Source: Candidatus Poribacteria bacterium (GTDB lineage: Bacteria; Poribacteria; WGA-4E; WGA-3G). From it: a stretch of 64,000 bases of DNA. Both the position numbers and the translations under genes were made by a program. The stretch spans positions 1,504,001 through 1,568,000 of the forward strand of contig OZ251518.1 in assembly GCA_965242965.1 (NCBI GenBank). The letters run 5' to 3'. The notes beneath the pieces were generated by a model, which worked only from the letters and a program-made list of their open reading frames with translations, did not search any database and had not been told where the DNA came from. This document shows, in pieces, positions 19,927-30,454 of this stretch. Within the stretch, counting starts at the first letter, position 1. Every line of letters begins with the position of its first letter.

Positions 19927-21840
19927 TCAAAACATAAACCGGTACATCGGCCGTTCTAACGCGATTCCAAGAAGCGTCCAGACTGCCCCCACGATGAACT
20001 CCCCAATGACGAGCCCGATGAAAAACGGCATCGCCCGGCGATATGTGCGCAATCCACCCGCCTGAAATAGAATCGCTTTTATCCCCCACGACAAGAAAAT
20101 CGAGAACCAATACCAACTCGTATTCCAAAAGCTGAGCGACAGCGCATAGCCAGCAGGATGAAAGGGCCACCAGATAAACCGCCTGCGCAATACCATTAAA
20201 AGTGTTGTGAGGGCAATCGCGCCACCAGACGCAGAAACCGCGCCGACATCAATGGATTGCGGGTTGATGAGCCATTGCTTCAACTGCTCGTAAGTCCATC
20301 GGCACTGCGCTTGTTCACCGTAAACTGCGCCGCCGTAATGATACCCTTGCGCATAATATGCCCACGCCGAGGAAATCGTCCCTACGATAGTCACCAAAAT
20401 CACGGCTGTAATAAAGCGGTTGTGTGATAACCCGCGCACCTGCGCTACTTTGAAACCCTCCAACATAATCGGCATTGGATGGGAACGGTAAGAGCGGTTG
20501 AACCCGTGGAACATGCTGAACGTCGTCAACCCCGCGGCACCGATGCGTCGCGTGCCAATGAAAGAGACAAGCACTTTATCCGGTCTCCACGGAACGTCGT
20601 GTGCCGGCGGGCCGACTTCTGCGCGGATGCGCGTAATCGCAATTGCCAACGCGAAGAATAGCGTGAAATAGCCGAAGATGCTGAAAATCGGCGTGCCGGT
20701 GCTTTTGAAGAAGAGGAGGATAAAGATGCCCCCTGCTATTAACCCTATGATGGCGTATCGGATGCGGGCGCGTTCTGCAGCGTCACCGTCCCCCGCGCCT
20801 TGAAACGCCGTTTTCACATGCCGCGCGATGAATTTGCGAGTGAGCCAAATCGCCGAAACCCCAAGGCAGAACCACGCGCCGAACGATTGGGCATCGAGGA
20901 ACGGAAAACCCGGCAGATGCCCAATGCCCGCCATCGTCCCCCACACGCGCATCATTTTGTGGAACAGATAGAAAAACCAGATCGAGAACGAGAGTTCCAG
21001 CGGAATAAAGAAACTCATCCCTATCGCGAACGGATAAACGGCGATGGGAAGTCTGCCGATGGCACTGAGCGGTTTCGTCTGGAAATATTGCCCTAAATTG
21101 TAAAGACTCCCGCCTAACCCCGGCACGACAGGGAAGAGGAAGTGGAGCCCATTGAGCAAATTCATCCCGCCTGCCAGCACTGCGCCGAGCAGAAACAGCC
21201 GATTTGTCAATAACACGCGCCCGCCGTTTTCGGTGAGATGCAGCGGAATCTGAATCACCGGATAACTTAACTTCTCGTGTGTTACCCACTGGTGCCGGAT
21301 AAGCAGCGTGAGGCAGAGCATCATGCACGTCAGCACGATGACCAGGGCACTCCACCACAGCACCGGTGTCATCCAGAGTTGCAGATGTTGCGCTGTGTGG
21401 AGTGTGGAGTCGCCTTGGTAGAACGCCGCCAGCGCGCTCCGTTCTTTGATAGAGAGCCACTCCGGGATATGTTGTTGAAAAACTTCACCCCATTCGTTTT
21501 CAGGACTAGCGAACCAGATTGAATAAGTTAGAAGGGGCCACAAGATCTGGAGTGTATCGTGCCCGGCGAGGGAGGAGGCGATGGAGAGAAGCAGGTAGAC
21601 TACCATCAATTCACCATCGCTGAGAGACGCGCTTTTCCGAAACGCGCGGAGCAGCGGGTTAACCCCCATCAGGAGCAACACGATAAAGATGACGTTAAAG
21701 TAGACCGTGGAGACAGTAGGGAAACTCTGGCCCGTGCTGTAACCAGAGGTCCCCCAGTTAATCATGAGCCAATAAGAGTTCGGAATAGTAAAGAGGAGTG
21801 CGAGGAGCACTGCACGCGCGCTAACGTTTTTTCTTGGCAT
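19927..21840 (-). CDS. large polytopic membrane protein (DUF6785/DUF6784-like, transporter-like)
   Basis: About 16 TM segments; 'EKLSYPVIQIP', 'TRIRAEVG', 'WWPFHPAGY'. Confidence 0.7.
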   Translation of the reverse strand: MPRKNVSARAVLLALLFTIPNSYWLMINWGTSGYSTGQSFPTVSTVYFNVIFIVLLLMGVNPLLRAFRKSASLSDGELMVVYLLLSIASSLAGHDTLQILWPLLTYSIWFASPENEWGEVFQQHIPEWLSIKERSALAAFYQGDSTLHTAQHLQLWMTPVLWWSALVIVLTCMMLCLTLLIRHQWVTHEKLSYPVIQIPLHLTENGGRVLLTNRLFLLGAVLAGGMNLLNGLHFLFPVVPGLGGSLYNLGQYFQTKPLSAIGRLPIAVYPFAIGMSFFIPLELSFSIWFFYLFHKMMRVWGTMAGIGHLPGFPFLDAQSFGAWFCLGVSAIWLTRKFIARHVKTAFQGAGDGDAAERARIRYAIIGLIAGGIFILLFFKSTGTPIFSIFGYFTLFFALAIAITRIRAEVGPPAHDVPWRPDKVLVSFIGTRRIGAAGLTTFSMFHGFNRSYRSHPMPIMLEGFKVAQVRGLSHNRFITAVILVTIVGTISSAWAYYAQGYHYGGAVYGEQAQCRWTYEQLKQWLINPQSIDVGAVSASGGAIALTTLLMVLRRRFIWWPFHPAGYALSLSFWNTSWYWFSIFLSWGIKAILFQAGGLRTYRRAMPFFIGLVIGEFIVGAVWTLLGIALERPMYRFMF

Positions 21841-21916
21841 GTTGGTTTTCCTAGGCGTATTCTATAGGAAATCTTGCAAATTGTCAATGTCGTTTTGAGT
21901 TTTTCTCGAAAAAAGC

Positions 21917-21946
21917 TTGACATTTGCACACAATTTGTGTTAAAAT
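21917..21946 (+). promoter_or_regulatory. sigma70-type promoter for the LRR gene, upstream of cassette 4
   Basis: TTGACA-18 bp-TAAAAT. Confidence 0.5.
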
Positions 21947-21962
21947 GAGTCTCATAATTGAT

Positions 21963-22647
21963 TGAGGGTGTTTCATAAATCGATGCGTTCGGTAGGAGAG
22001 ACCTCGGGTCTCGATTCCCTCGTAGGAGAGACCTCCTGGTCTCGATGTTCCCGTAGCGCGGGGGCCTGTCCCCCGCGATCGTTGCATGGCGAGGGACAGG
22101 CCCTCGCCCTACGGTGAGGGGAGCGTTTTTTATCGTAGCGCGGGGGCCTGTCCCCCGCGAGCGTTGGATTGCGCGAGCGATGGCGAGGGAAACCCTCTCG
22201 CCTGCGCGTGCGGCATCCGAGGGCCCAAGCCCTACGTTAAGAGGGGCCGTTCTGGATACCGTAGCGCGGGGGCCTGTCCCCCGCGATTATCGTCCCGATG
22301 TGTGTTTCCGCCTCTGTAGTTTGTGATCGCCTGATCACAAACGGGTCAGGATCAGGCGATCCTGACCTACAGAACTTACAGGGCCTGGTGCACGAACGAT
22401 GGCGAGGGACAGGCCCTCGCCCTACGATGAAGGGGGCGTTATTTTCCCCGTAGCGCGGGGGCCAGACCCCCGCGATCGTTGGATTGCACGAGCAATGGCG
22501 AGGGACAGGCCCTCGCCCTACGATGAAGGGGGATTTTTGCCGCCGCGCCGCCCTATTGCATCGAGACCAGGAGGTCTCTCCTACGGGGAAAATTGAGACC
22601 AGGAGGTTTCTCCTACGGGGAAACCATTGATATACGAAACACCCTCA
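21963..22647. mobile_element. MITE-like REP cassette 4 (TIR pair, flanks not duplicated)
   Basis: TGAGGGTGTTTCATA ... TACGAAACACCCTCA; flanks ATTGAT and GGTTAA differ. Confidence 0.65.
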
Positions 22648-22682
22648 GGTTAACTTTCAGTCAAAATAGGAGATAAAACCTA

Positions 22683-25088
22683 ATGAAACTTCATCACGCT
22701 ACACTCATTTTCATCTGCGCGTTCATGCTGTGCGCTACGCTACACGCAACCGCACAAGTCGTGAACATTCCCGACGCGAACCTCCGCACCGCCCTCGCCG
22801 AACACCTCGGTAAGGCGGAAGGAGCGCAGATCACGCAAGCAGAATTGGCAACGCTCACCGAATTTCACGCCGATGACCGCGGCATCCGCAACCTGACAGG
22901 TCTGGAATTCGCTGTCAATCTCGTTCGGATAGAACTGCGCCACAACGCGATATCTAACCTCGCGCCGTTTGCCAGCCTCGTCGCTTTGGATAACATCAAA
23001 CTGCGCGGGAACAATATATCCGACATCACGCCGCTCGCGCAACTCGTCAACGTCACATGGCTGGGACTGGAGGAGAACGCCATAACCGACGTATCTCCCC
23101 TCACCCGTTTAGCAAAATTGGACGGGGTAGGGCTGAGCCACAATCCGGTGACAAGCTTAGCACCGCTTTCAGGGTTAGTCCACCTGCGTCGGCTTGATAT
23201 GGAGCACTGCGAGATTTTGGATATCTCACCCCTCGCAGGGTTAATCGGTTTGGAAGAACTCAGGCTTGGTGGCAATTCCATATCGGACATCACGCCGCTC
23301 GCCGGCTTAACCCGATTGGGACATTTGGAGTTGGATGGGAATTTGATATCGGACATCACGCCGCTCGCCGGCTTAACTCGATTATGGCACTTGAGTTTGT
23401 CTGAGAATTTGATATCGGACATTACCCCACTCGCCGGCTTAGTCAACTTAGGAGGGTTAAACTTGAACAATAACGTGATATCCGACATCACGCCGCTCGC
23501 GAATCTAAGGAACCTGAGATGGTTGGCCGCGAGCGAAAACGTCGGATTCAGTCTGGCACCCTTGGCAGGATTGAACCATCTAGATCATTATAACTCGTGG
23601 GGCACCCCGGTATCTGACCTCTTGGGCCTTGCGAACTTGCCCCAACTCAGATACATAGATATCTGCGGTGGCGGGATATCAGACCTCACCCCCTTGGCGG
23701 GGGCAACCGGGTTGAGAGAGCTCTATCTTGTCGGCAATGAGATATCGGACGTTTCACCTCTTGCGGGGTTAGTCAACTTGGAACGCCTCAACCTTCGCAG
23801 CAACAACATCGCTGACATATCACCGTTGGAGGTGTTAGCGGAAAGGATACCTATCACGTGGACTGGCAACCCGGGTTTTGAAGGGGACGCTCTTCATAAC
23901 TACCACGGTTCTCCACCCGCCGGTCCCAAAATTGAGGGACCCTGGTTGTGGGCACTGGTGCCAGCAACCCAACTGGATGACAGGGATTTACTCGCCGAAG
24001 TCACTCGTGGTGCCGCTACGGAAGTGAAGGTGGCAACCTTCGGTGCGACAGAAGGAAAAGCGGTAGGGGGTGGCAAATGGCGCGCCCATACGCTATCTGC
24101 CACGGGGGATGATAACATCAACGAGATGACAGCAGCCCTCGGATGGGGAAGCCGGGACGAAATTTATGACCACGTCGTTTACGGTTCCATCTCCCTGCAG
24201 TCGCCTCGCGAACAGACGACAATGATGCTAGTCGGGAGTGACGATTCTGTCAAAGTCTGGCTCAACGGCGAGTTGGTTCACCAAGCCTTGACGGGCCGGG
24301 GTGCTGACGATTATCAAGACGCGTTCTCTGTCGCCCTGAAGAGAGGAACGAATGTCTTGTTAGTCGCTATTGACAACCACGGGCATGGAGGTTTCAGCGG
24401 CTTTTTTGGGTTTGAGGCAGGGACAGAATATACGGTGAACCGGCCGGACGCGCGCATTGTCGTGCAAGTGCCTGCCTGGGATGTGAACCGTGATGGCCAG
24501 GTGAGCGTGCTGGATCTGATTGTGGTGGGACAAGCATTTGGAAAATCGGCGGCCCTGAACCGGCACACGGATGTCAACCGCGATGGAAAGATTAACGTAG
24601 CAGACTTGGTGCTGATTGCGCAACACATTGATGCGGCATCGGCTGCCGCGCCGAGTCTTCTGGCGATGGACAGCGGGCTGACACCTGCGATGGTTCAGGC
24701 GTGGATAAAACTCGCGCAATTAGAGACCGACGGGTCCGTTGCGTTCCAAGAGGGAATCGCGAAACTTCAACAGATTCTCGCAACCCTGCGCCCGGAGCAG
24801 ACAGTGTTGCTGCCGAACTATCCGAATCCGTTTAACCCGGAGACGTGGATACCTTATCATCTTTCTCAGCCTGCGCAAGTCACGGTGCGTCTCTATGCTG
24901 TCGATGGCACTTTGGTTCGGACGTTAGACCTGGGTTATCAGACCTCCGGTCGTTATGAGGAGCGGAGTCGTGCGGCATATTGGGATGGCAAAAACGCGCT
25001 CGGTGAGCCGGTCGCGAGTGGCATCTATTTCTACACGCTCACCGCGGGCGATTTCACCGCCACGCGGAAGATGCTTATCCTGAAGTAG
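22683..25088 (+). CDS. secreted internalin-type LRR protein + beta-sandwich domain + dockerin-like + FlgD-Ig/T9SS-like C-terminal domain
   Basis: Signal peptide; about 14 22-aa LRRs (ISDITPLAGL); 'GSDDSVKVWLNG'; dockerin DVNRDG twice; 'NYPNPFNPETWIPY...TRKMLILK'. Confidence 0.88.
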   Translation: MKLHHATLIFICAFMLCATLHATAQVVNIPDANLRTALAEHLGKAEGAQITQAELATLTEFHADDRGIRNLTGLEFAVNLVRIELRHNAISNLAPFASLVALDNIKLRGNNISDITPLAQLVNVTWLGLEENAITDVSPLTRLAKLDGVGLSHNPVTSLAPLSGLVHLRRLDMEHCEILDISPLAGLIGLEELRLGGNSISDITPLAGLTRLGHLELDGNLISDITPLAGLTRLWHLSLSENLISDITPLAGLVNLGGLNLNNNVISDITPLANLRNLRWLAASENVGFSLAPLAGLNHLDHYNSWGTPVSDLLGLANLPQLRYIDICGGGISDLTPLAGATGLRELYLVGNEISDVSPLAGLVNLERLNLRSNNIADISPLEVLAERIPITWTGNPGFEGDALHNYHGSPPAGPKIEGPWLWALVPATQLDDRDLLAEVTRGAATEVKVATFGATEGKAVGGGKWRAHTLSATGDDNINEMTAALGWGSRDEIYDHVVYGSISLQSPREQTTMMLVGSDDSVKVWLNGELVHQALTGRGADDYQDAFSVALKRGTNVLLVAIDNHGHGGFSGFFGFEAGTEYTVNRPDARIVVQVPAWDVNRDGQVSVLDLIVVGQAFGKSAALNRHTDVNRDGKINVADLVLIAQHIDAASAAAPSLLAMDSGLTPAMVQAWIKLAQLETDGSVAFQEGIAKLQQILATLRPEQTVLLPNYPNPFNPETWIPYHLSQPAQVTVRLYAVDGTLVRTLDLGYQTSGRYEERSRAAYWDGKNALGEPVASGIYFYTLTAGDFTATRKMLILK

Positions 25089-25109
25089 ATGGCTGTTCGG
25101 GTAGGAGAA

Positions 25110-25850
25110 ACCGGGCGGTCTCGATGCATCCCCGTAGGAGAGACCTCCTTGTCTCGATTTTTTCCCGTAGCGCGGGGGCCCTCGGATGCCATCCGCGCAT
25201 CCGAGCGGGTTTCCCCCGCGATCTCCATCGTTCCGATGTGTGTTTCCGCATCTGTAGTTTGTGATCGCCTGATCACAAACAGGTCAGGATCAGGCGATCC
25301 TGACCTACAGAGCCTGGCGTGCTCGGACGCTGGCGAGGGACAGGCGTTTTTTATCGTAGCGCGGGGGACAGGCCCCCGCGAGCGTTGGAGTGCGCGGACG
25401 CTGGCGAGGGACAGGCCCTCGCCCTACGTGAAGGGAAGCGTTTTTTACCGTGGCGCGGGGGCCCCTCGGATGCCATCCGCGCATCCGAGCGGGTTTCCCC
25501 CGCGATCTCCATCGTTCCGATGTGTGTTTCCGCATCTGTAGTTTGTGATCGCCTGATCACAAACAGGTCAGGATCAGGCGATCCTGACCTACAGGGAGGG
25601 GGAAGCGGTCTGAAGCGAGACGCATGGCGAGGGACAGGCCCTCGCCCTACGGTGAAGGGGGATGGCATTTTTTCCCGTAGCGCGGGGGCCTGTCCCCCGC
25701 GAGCTCCATCGTCAAGAGGCCCTCTTTAGGTCCTACGGACCTAAGAACCGTTCTGGATACCGTAGCGCGGGGGCCTGTCCCCCGCGATCGTTGGATTCCG
25801 CGGACGATATCAAGACCGGGAGGGCTCTCCTACACAGATTTATGAAACAC
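25110..25850. repeat. REP cluster with a ~140-bp internal direct repeat and a truncated right TIR
   Basis: About 25170-25310 repeated at about 25455-25593; ends TATGAAACAC abutting a -35 box. Confidence 0.85.
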
Positions 25851-25892
25851 TTGACTTATCGCGCAAAATAAGGTATCCTATTCGGTTAGGGC

Positions 25893-26114
25893 ATGGGCAT
25901 TGTTGCGCCGTGTTTGGTGTGGGAGCATATCATGTATTTACGAGAAAAACGCGCGCGGGAGCGTGAACAACGTGCACGCGAGCAGGCGGAAGCTGTCGTC
26001 GTAGAACTCGAAAAAGAGGTTAGCACACTGCGGCACGAAGTCACCTACTTGCGAGGTGAATTAGATCAGTTGAAAGGACAATCGCAGCCACGCCACAACG
26101 GAGGCGAAAACTAA
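25893..26114 (+). CDS. small coiled-coil protein
   Basis: Promoter TTGACT-17 bp-TATCCT at 25851-25879; charged heptad pattern. The start may be ATG 25932. Confidence 0.5.
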   Translation: MGIVAPCLVWEHIMYLREKRAREREQRAREQAEAVVVELEKEVSTLRHEVTYLRGELDQLKGQSQPRHNGGEN

Positions 26115-26384
26115 GCCCAAAGTAGTTCGGGATCGCCTGATCCCGAACGGTTCAGGATCAGGCGATCCTGAACTACAGGGAGAGGGAAGCGGTCTGACAG
26201 CAAGACGCATGGCGAGGGAAACCCTCTCGGATGCGCGTGTGGCATCCGAGGGCCCTCGCCCTACGTGAAGGGGAAGCGTTTTTTCACCGTAGCGCGAGGG
26301 CCTGTCCCTCGCGACATCCATCTAACCTTAGTCCGTAGGGTTCAATAGGACCCTACCTACACGAATGATAAAAGGAATTTTTCA

Positions 26385-29300
26385 ATGAAAAACTTCAACT
26401 ATTGGACACTAACGATTTTGACATTGACATTCATCGCGCTCGGGGTTGGAAATGTGCAGGCGCAACAGAACCTCGCACAGCAGGCGAATGCTATCGTTGA
26501 GCAGAGCTGCGAGACTTGCCACGGCGAAAACCGCGCCTTCTCTGAGATCCTTTCGATTCAGCACCCCGCGTTGATTGCCTCCGGAGCAGTTGTTCCAGGA
26601 AATCCCGACGCATCCGAATTCTATCTCCGACTGCTGCCCAATCAGCCCAATAGAATGCCATTGGGACTCGACCCGCTCACGCCAACGGAGATTGATACCG
26701 TGCGACGCTGGATTGCGGCCGGAGCACCCAGTTGGGAAGTTGCACTCACACAACGCGACTTCATCACCCCCGATGCGATGCTTACCGCGATTCAGCGACA
26801 TGTGAATCAACTCAAGGCGTTTGACCGGCCCTTCGCGCGCTATTTCACCATGACGCATCTTTACAATGCCGGTGAGACAGAAGAGGCACTGGATGCCTAT
26901 CGCCGCGCGCTTTCCAAACTCATTAACAGTCTCTCCTGGGGACCTGATATTATTAAGCCGCAACCCATTGACGCAGCCCAAACGCTCTTCTACATTGATT
27001 TGCGCCGCTATGAATGGGATGTCCCTGACGCGTGGCCCAATATGGAAGCAGTCTATCCCTACGCCGTTGATTACGGAAACTCAGCAACGTATACCACGCT
27101 GCAGCAGGAAACGGAATCCGAGGTGCCGTTCATCGACGTGGATTGGTTCCTGGCGACTGCCTCCTTGCCGCCCCTCTACAACGACATCCTCGGTTTGCCC
27201 GAGACAGACCGGGAGTTGGAAGACCGGTTGGAAGTGGACGTGGCACGCAACATTGAAACCTCACCGGGTGTGCGCGTCTGGCGCGCCGGGTTCAATGAAT
27301 CCCGCGTCTCCGAGAATAACCGAGTCGTTGAACGGCACCGCTCACGATACGGCGCGTATTGGAAATCCTACGACTTTGCCGGGAACGTCGGCAGTCAAAA
27401 TGTCTTTACGCACCCTCTCTCTTTCACGCACGATGGCGGCGAGATTATCTTCAATCTGCCCAACGGTTTGCAAGCATACTTCCTCGTCACGGCGGCGGGA
27501 ACACGGCTAGACGATGCGCCGGTGGACATCGTCTCAAATCCCGCGGCACGCGATCCGGTGGTTCACAATGGGCTCTCCTGTATCGGATGCCACACGGAAG
27601 GAATGAAAGAGTTTAAGGACGGTGTGCGGGCAGTAGTCACCGCGCAAACGAATCATGCCTACGACAAAGACCAGGCATTGCGGCTCTATGTCGAACAAGC
27701 GACGATGGATGCGCTGGTGGCAGAGGATACGCAACGGTTCCGAACGGCATTGGAAGCCGCCGGGGGTATCTTTGGGGGAATTGAGCCAGTGGAACGCTTG
27801 CAACAGCGGTTTGAAGAACCCCTTGATGCGGCGCACGCTGCAGCCGCTGTCGGTTTCAGAACGTCTGCCTTTCAACAAGAAATTCGGAATGGCAAGTTAC
27901 AAACGTTCGGATTGCAGGGGCTGCTGCTGGACAACGGGAGCGTGCAGCGCGATACGTGGACATCGCAATTCAGCAACATAGTTGCCTCGCTGTTCTCCGA
28001 GGATAACATCGTCATTACGCCTGTTGATGATATATCAACACCGCCTGTCTCCGGTGTTCACATTCCAGACTTGCCGCTGCGCACGGCGATTCACCAAACT
28101 CTCGGCAAACCGCAAAATGCGCAACTCACGCGGGAAGACATGCAGCGGTTAACGAATCTGCACGCCGATCGCAAGGGGATTCGCGATTTGACCGGCTTGG
28201 AGTTTGCCACCAATCTTGAACGGTTAGAGCTGCGCCACAACGCGATATCCGACCTGACACCGCTCCGAAACCTCATCAGTTTGGATAACATCAAACTGGA
28301 GGATAATTTGATTGTCGACGTATCCCCACTCGCAAAGTTAATCAACGTGGGATGGTTAGGGTTGGAGGAGAATCGGATAACCGACTTATCCCCGCTCTCC
28401 GGCTTAGTGAAGTTGGATGGGTTAGGGATTAACCACAACCCGGTATCGGATATCTCGCCGCTTTCAGAGATGCTCAGTTTAAGCAACCTGCAAGCGTGGG
28501 TAACCCATATATCCAATCTCTCGCCCTTGGCGAAATTACGGAAACTGCAAACGCTGACAATCAGCGACGTGACTATATCGGATGTCACCCCATTGGCAGG
28601 ATTACCAAATCTGAAATATCTAACCCTTTACCGTTGCGGCATATCGGACATCACGGCTTTCGCTAAATTAACAGGTTTGCGAGAGTTGAGCCTTCAGCAC
28701 AACGACATCACGGACGTGTCCCCACTCGCTGGATTACGCAACTTGGAATATTTGGACCTCCATGACAACGAGATAGTCGACTTTTCTCCGTTGGAAGGGT
28801 TACATGGAGAGACAGAGATGGTTCTCCACGAAAACCCTGGGGTTCAACGACTAGGCTCTCCGAAAATAACGGGGCCGTGGCTATGGATGATTGTCTCAAC
28901 AGGCGAAAGGGGAGGTTCGGGAGCTTCTGCCGCTGGGATAGATTATCTCGCACAAGCCAGTGGCGGCACAGTGACAGAACAGCAGGTGGCTATGGAGGGG
29001 GCGACAGAGGGCGATGCTGTCGGAGATAGGGTCTGGACACCCCGCACCCTTTCTGCAACCGGGTGGAATAACATCAACGTGATTGCAAATGCTATCGGAT
29101 TTGGAAGAGGCGATATAAACAGACACGTTGCATACGGCCTGGTCTCCATTGAGTCGCCGCGAGAGCAGCAGACGCGAGTGTTTGTTGGCAGCGATGACGC
29201 TGTCAAAGTCTGGCTCAACGGCGAGTTGGTGCACGAAGAGCACGTTATTAGAGGCGCAGGCGATTACCAAAGTAATTCTCCCGTTACCCTGAAACAGGGA

Positions 29301-30443
29301 GAAAACCTTTTGTTAGTTGCTGTTTACAATGCGCATGGCGGGTGGAGCGGCTTCTTTGGCTTTGAAGAGGGCACGGACTATTCGGTGCTAACGCCTGGTT
29401 CAAGACTCGCCTATACCCCTTATGCCCCGCGCGTTTCGGTTGGCCAAACTTTCACGCTGCATCTCAGTGCGGAAGAGGTTACCGGTTTGGCAGGGTGGGA
29501 ATTCGATTTGAAATTCGATCCTGCCGCGCTCAGTGCTACGCGAGTTAGCGAAGGCAGTCTCCTGAAAACCGGCGGCACTGCTACTTTCTTCCGGAAAGGC
29601 ACTATTGACAACCAAGCAGGGACCATTACCGGGTTAAGTGGCTCGCGGCAGGCGGCAGGTGGTGTCACAGGTGCCGGCAGGTTGGTGTCGGTGACGTTCC
29701 GGGTGAAAGCAGTCGGTGAGACGCGCGTGCGGGTCCGGAACTTCCAGTTCGGTGATACTACCGGCGCGATTATTCCCACAGCGGCTCCCACTATTACCAT
29801 CAATGTAGGTGGTGCAGTAGCAGCGTACCCGGCTTGGGATGTGAATGAGGATGGCATGACGAACCTGGCAGATCTCGCGCTCGTGTCACAGGCGATGGGC
29901 AAGCCTATTGAGAACCCTCGCACGGATGTGAATGGCGATGGCGTTGTTGATGGCGAAGACTTCGCGCTAGTTGCCGGACACCTCGGTGAGGAAGCGGCGG
30001 CAGCACCATCAAACGTTGCGTTACCTGCAGGGCTGACGCTTGAAACGGTAGAGTGGGCACTGAATATCTTGCATGCAGAAAACACCGGTTCGCCTGCGTT
30101 TCGGCGTGGGATAGCGAAGTTTGAACAACTTCTGGCACTGCTAGTCCCGGATAAGACGCTGCTGCTCGCGAACTATCCGAATCCGTTCAACCCAGAGACG
30201 TGGATACCGTATCAGTTGGCAAAGTCGGCGGATGTGACGGTGTCCATCTATGCATCGGATGGGAAGTTGGTTCGGGAGTTAGACTTCGGGCATCAGTCGG
30301 CGGGAGTTTATCGTATCCGCAGTCGTGCGGCGTATTGGGATGGCAGAAACGCGGTGGGTGAGTCTGTAGCGAGTGGGGTGTATTTCTACACGTTCACCGC
30401 TGGCGATTTTACTGCGACGCGGAAAATGCTCATCCTGAAGTAG
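26385..30443 (+). CDS. secreted di-haem cytochrome c + LRR + beta-sandwich + cohesin + dockerin + FlgD-Ig/T9SS-like CTD protein
   Basis: CETCH with 'VVPGNPDASEFY...RMP...IDTVRRWIAAGA' (planctomycete cytochrome c-like); second CIGCH; LRRs; cohesin (GWEFDLKFDPAAL...GRLVSVTFRVK); dockerin DVNEDG/DVNGDG; CTD as in ORF 22683. Confidence 0.85.
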   Translation: MKNFNYWTLTILTLTFIALGVGNVQAQQNLAQQANAIVEQSCETCHGENRAFSEILSIQHPALIASGAVVPGNPDASEFYLRLLPNQPNRMPLGLDPLTPTEIDTVRRWIAAGAPSWEVALTQRDFITPDAMLTAIQRHVNQLKAFDRPFARYFTMTHLYNAGETEEALDAYRRALSKLINSLSWGPDIIKPQPIDAAQTLFYIDLRRYEWDVPDAWPNMEAVYPYAVDYGNSATYTTLQQETESEVPFIDVDWFLATASLPPLYNDILGLPETDRELEDRLEVDVARNIETSPGVRVWRAGFNESRVSENNRVVERHRSRYGAYWKSYDFAGNVGSQNVFTHPLSFTHDGGEIIFNLPNGLQAYFLVTAAGTRLDDAPVDIVSNPAARDPVVHNGLSCIGCHTEGMKEFKDGVRAVVTAQTNHAYDKDQALRLYVEQATMDALVAEDTQRFRTALEAAGGIFGGIEPVERLQQRFEEPLDAAHAAAAVGFRTSAFQQEIRNGKLQTFGLQGLLLDNGSVQRDTWTSQFSNIVASLFSEDNIVITPVDDISTPPVSGVHIPDLPLRTAIHQTLGKPQNAQLTREDMQRLTNLHADRKGIRDLTGLEFATNLERLELRHNAISDLTPLRNLISLDNIKLEDNLIVDVSPLAKLINVGWLGLEENRITDLSPLSGLVKLDGLGINHNPVSDISPLSEMLSLSNLQAWVTHISNLSPLAKLRKLQTLTISDVTISDVTPLAGLPNLKYLTLYRCGISDITAFAKLTGLRELSLQHNDITDVSPLAGLRNLEYLDLHDNEIVDFSPLEGLHGETEMVLHENPGVQRLGSPKITGPWLWMIVSTGERGGSGASAAGIDYLAQASGGTVTEQQVAMEGATEGDAVGDRVWTPRTLSATGWNNINVIANAIGFGRGDINRHVAYGLVSIESPREQQTRVFVGSDDAVKVWLNGELVHEEHVIRGAGDYQSNSPVTLKQGENLLLVAVYNAHGGWSGFFGFEEGTDYSVLTPGSRLAYTPYAPRVSVGQTFTLHLSAEEVTGLAGWEFDLKFDPAALSATRVSEGSLLKTGGTATFFRKGTIDNQAGTITGLSGSRQAAGGVTGAGRLVSVTFRVKAVGETRVRVRNFQFGDTTGAIIPTAAPTITINVGGAVAAYPAWDVNEDGMTNLADLALVSQAMGKPIENPRTDVNGDGVVDGEDFALVAGHLGEEAAAAPSNVALPAGLTLETVEWALNILHAENTGSPAFRRGIAKFEQLLALLVPDKTLLLANYPNPFNPETWIPYQLAKSADVTVSIYASDGKLVRELDFGHQSAGVYRIRSRAAYWDGRNAVGESVASGVYFYTFTAGDFTATRKMLILK

Positions 30444-30454
30444 ATGGCTTTCGG

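Noticed and set aside
22683-30443. Diversity-generating retroelement acting on the LRR genes
   Set aside because: No reverse transcriptase and no template/variable repeat pair with adenine-specific differences was seen.
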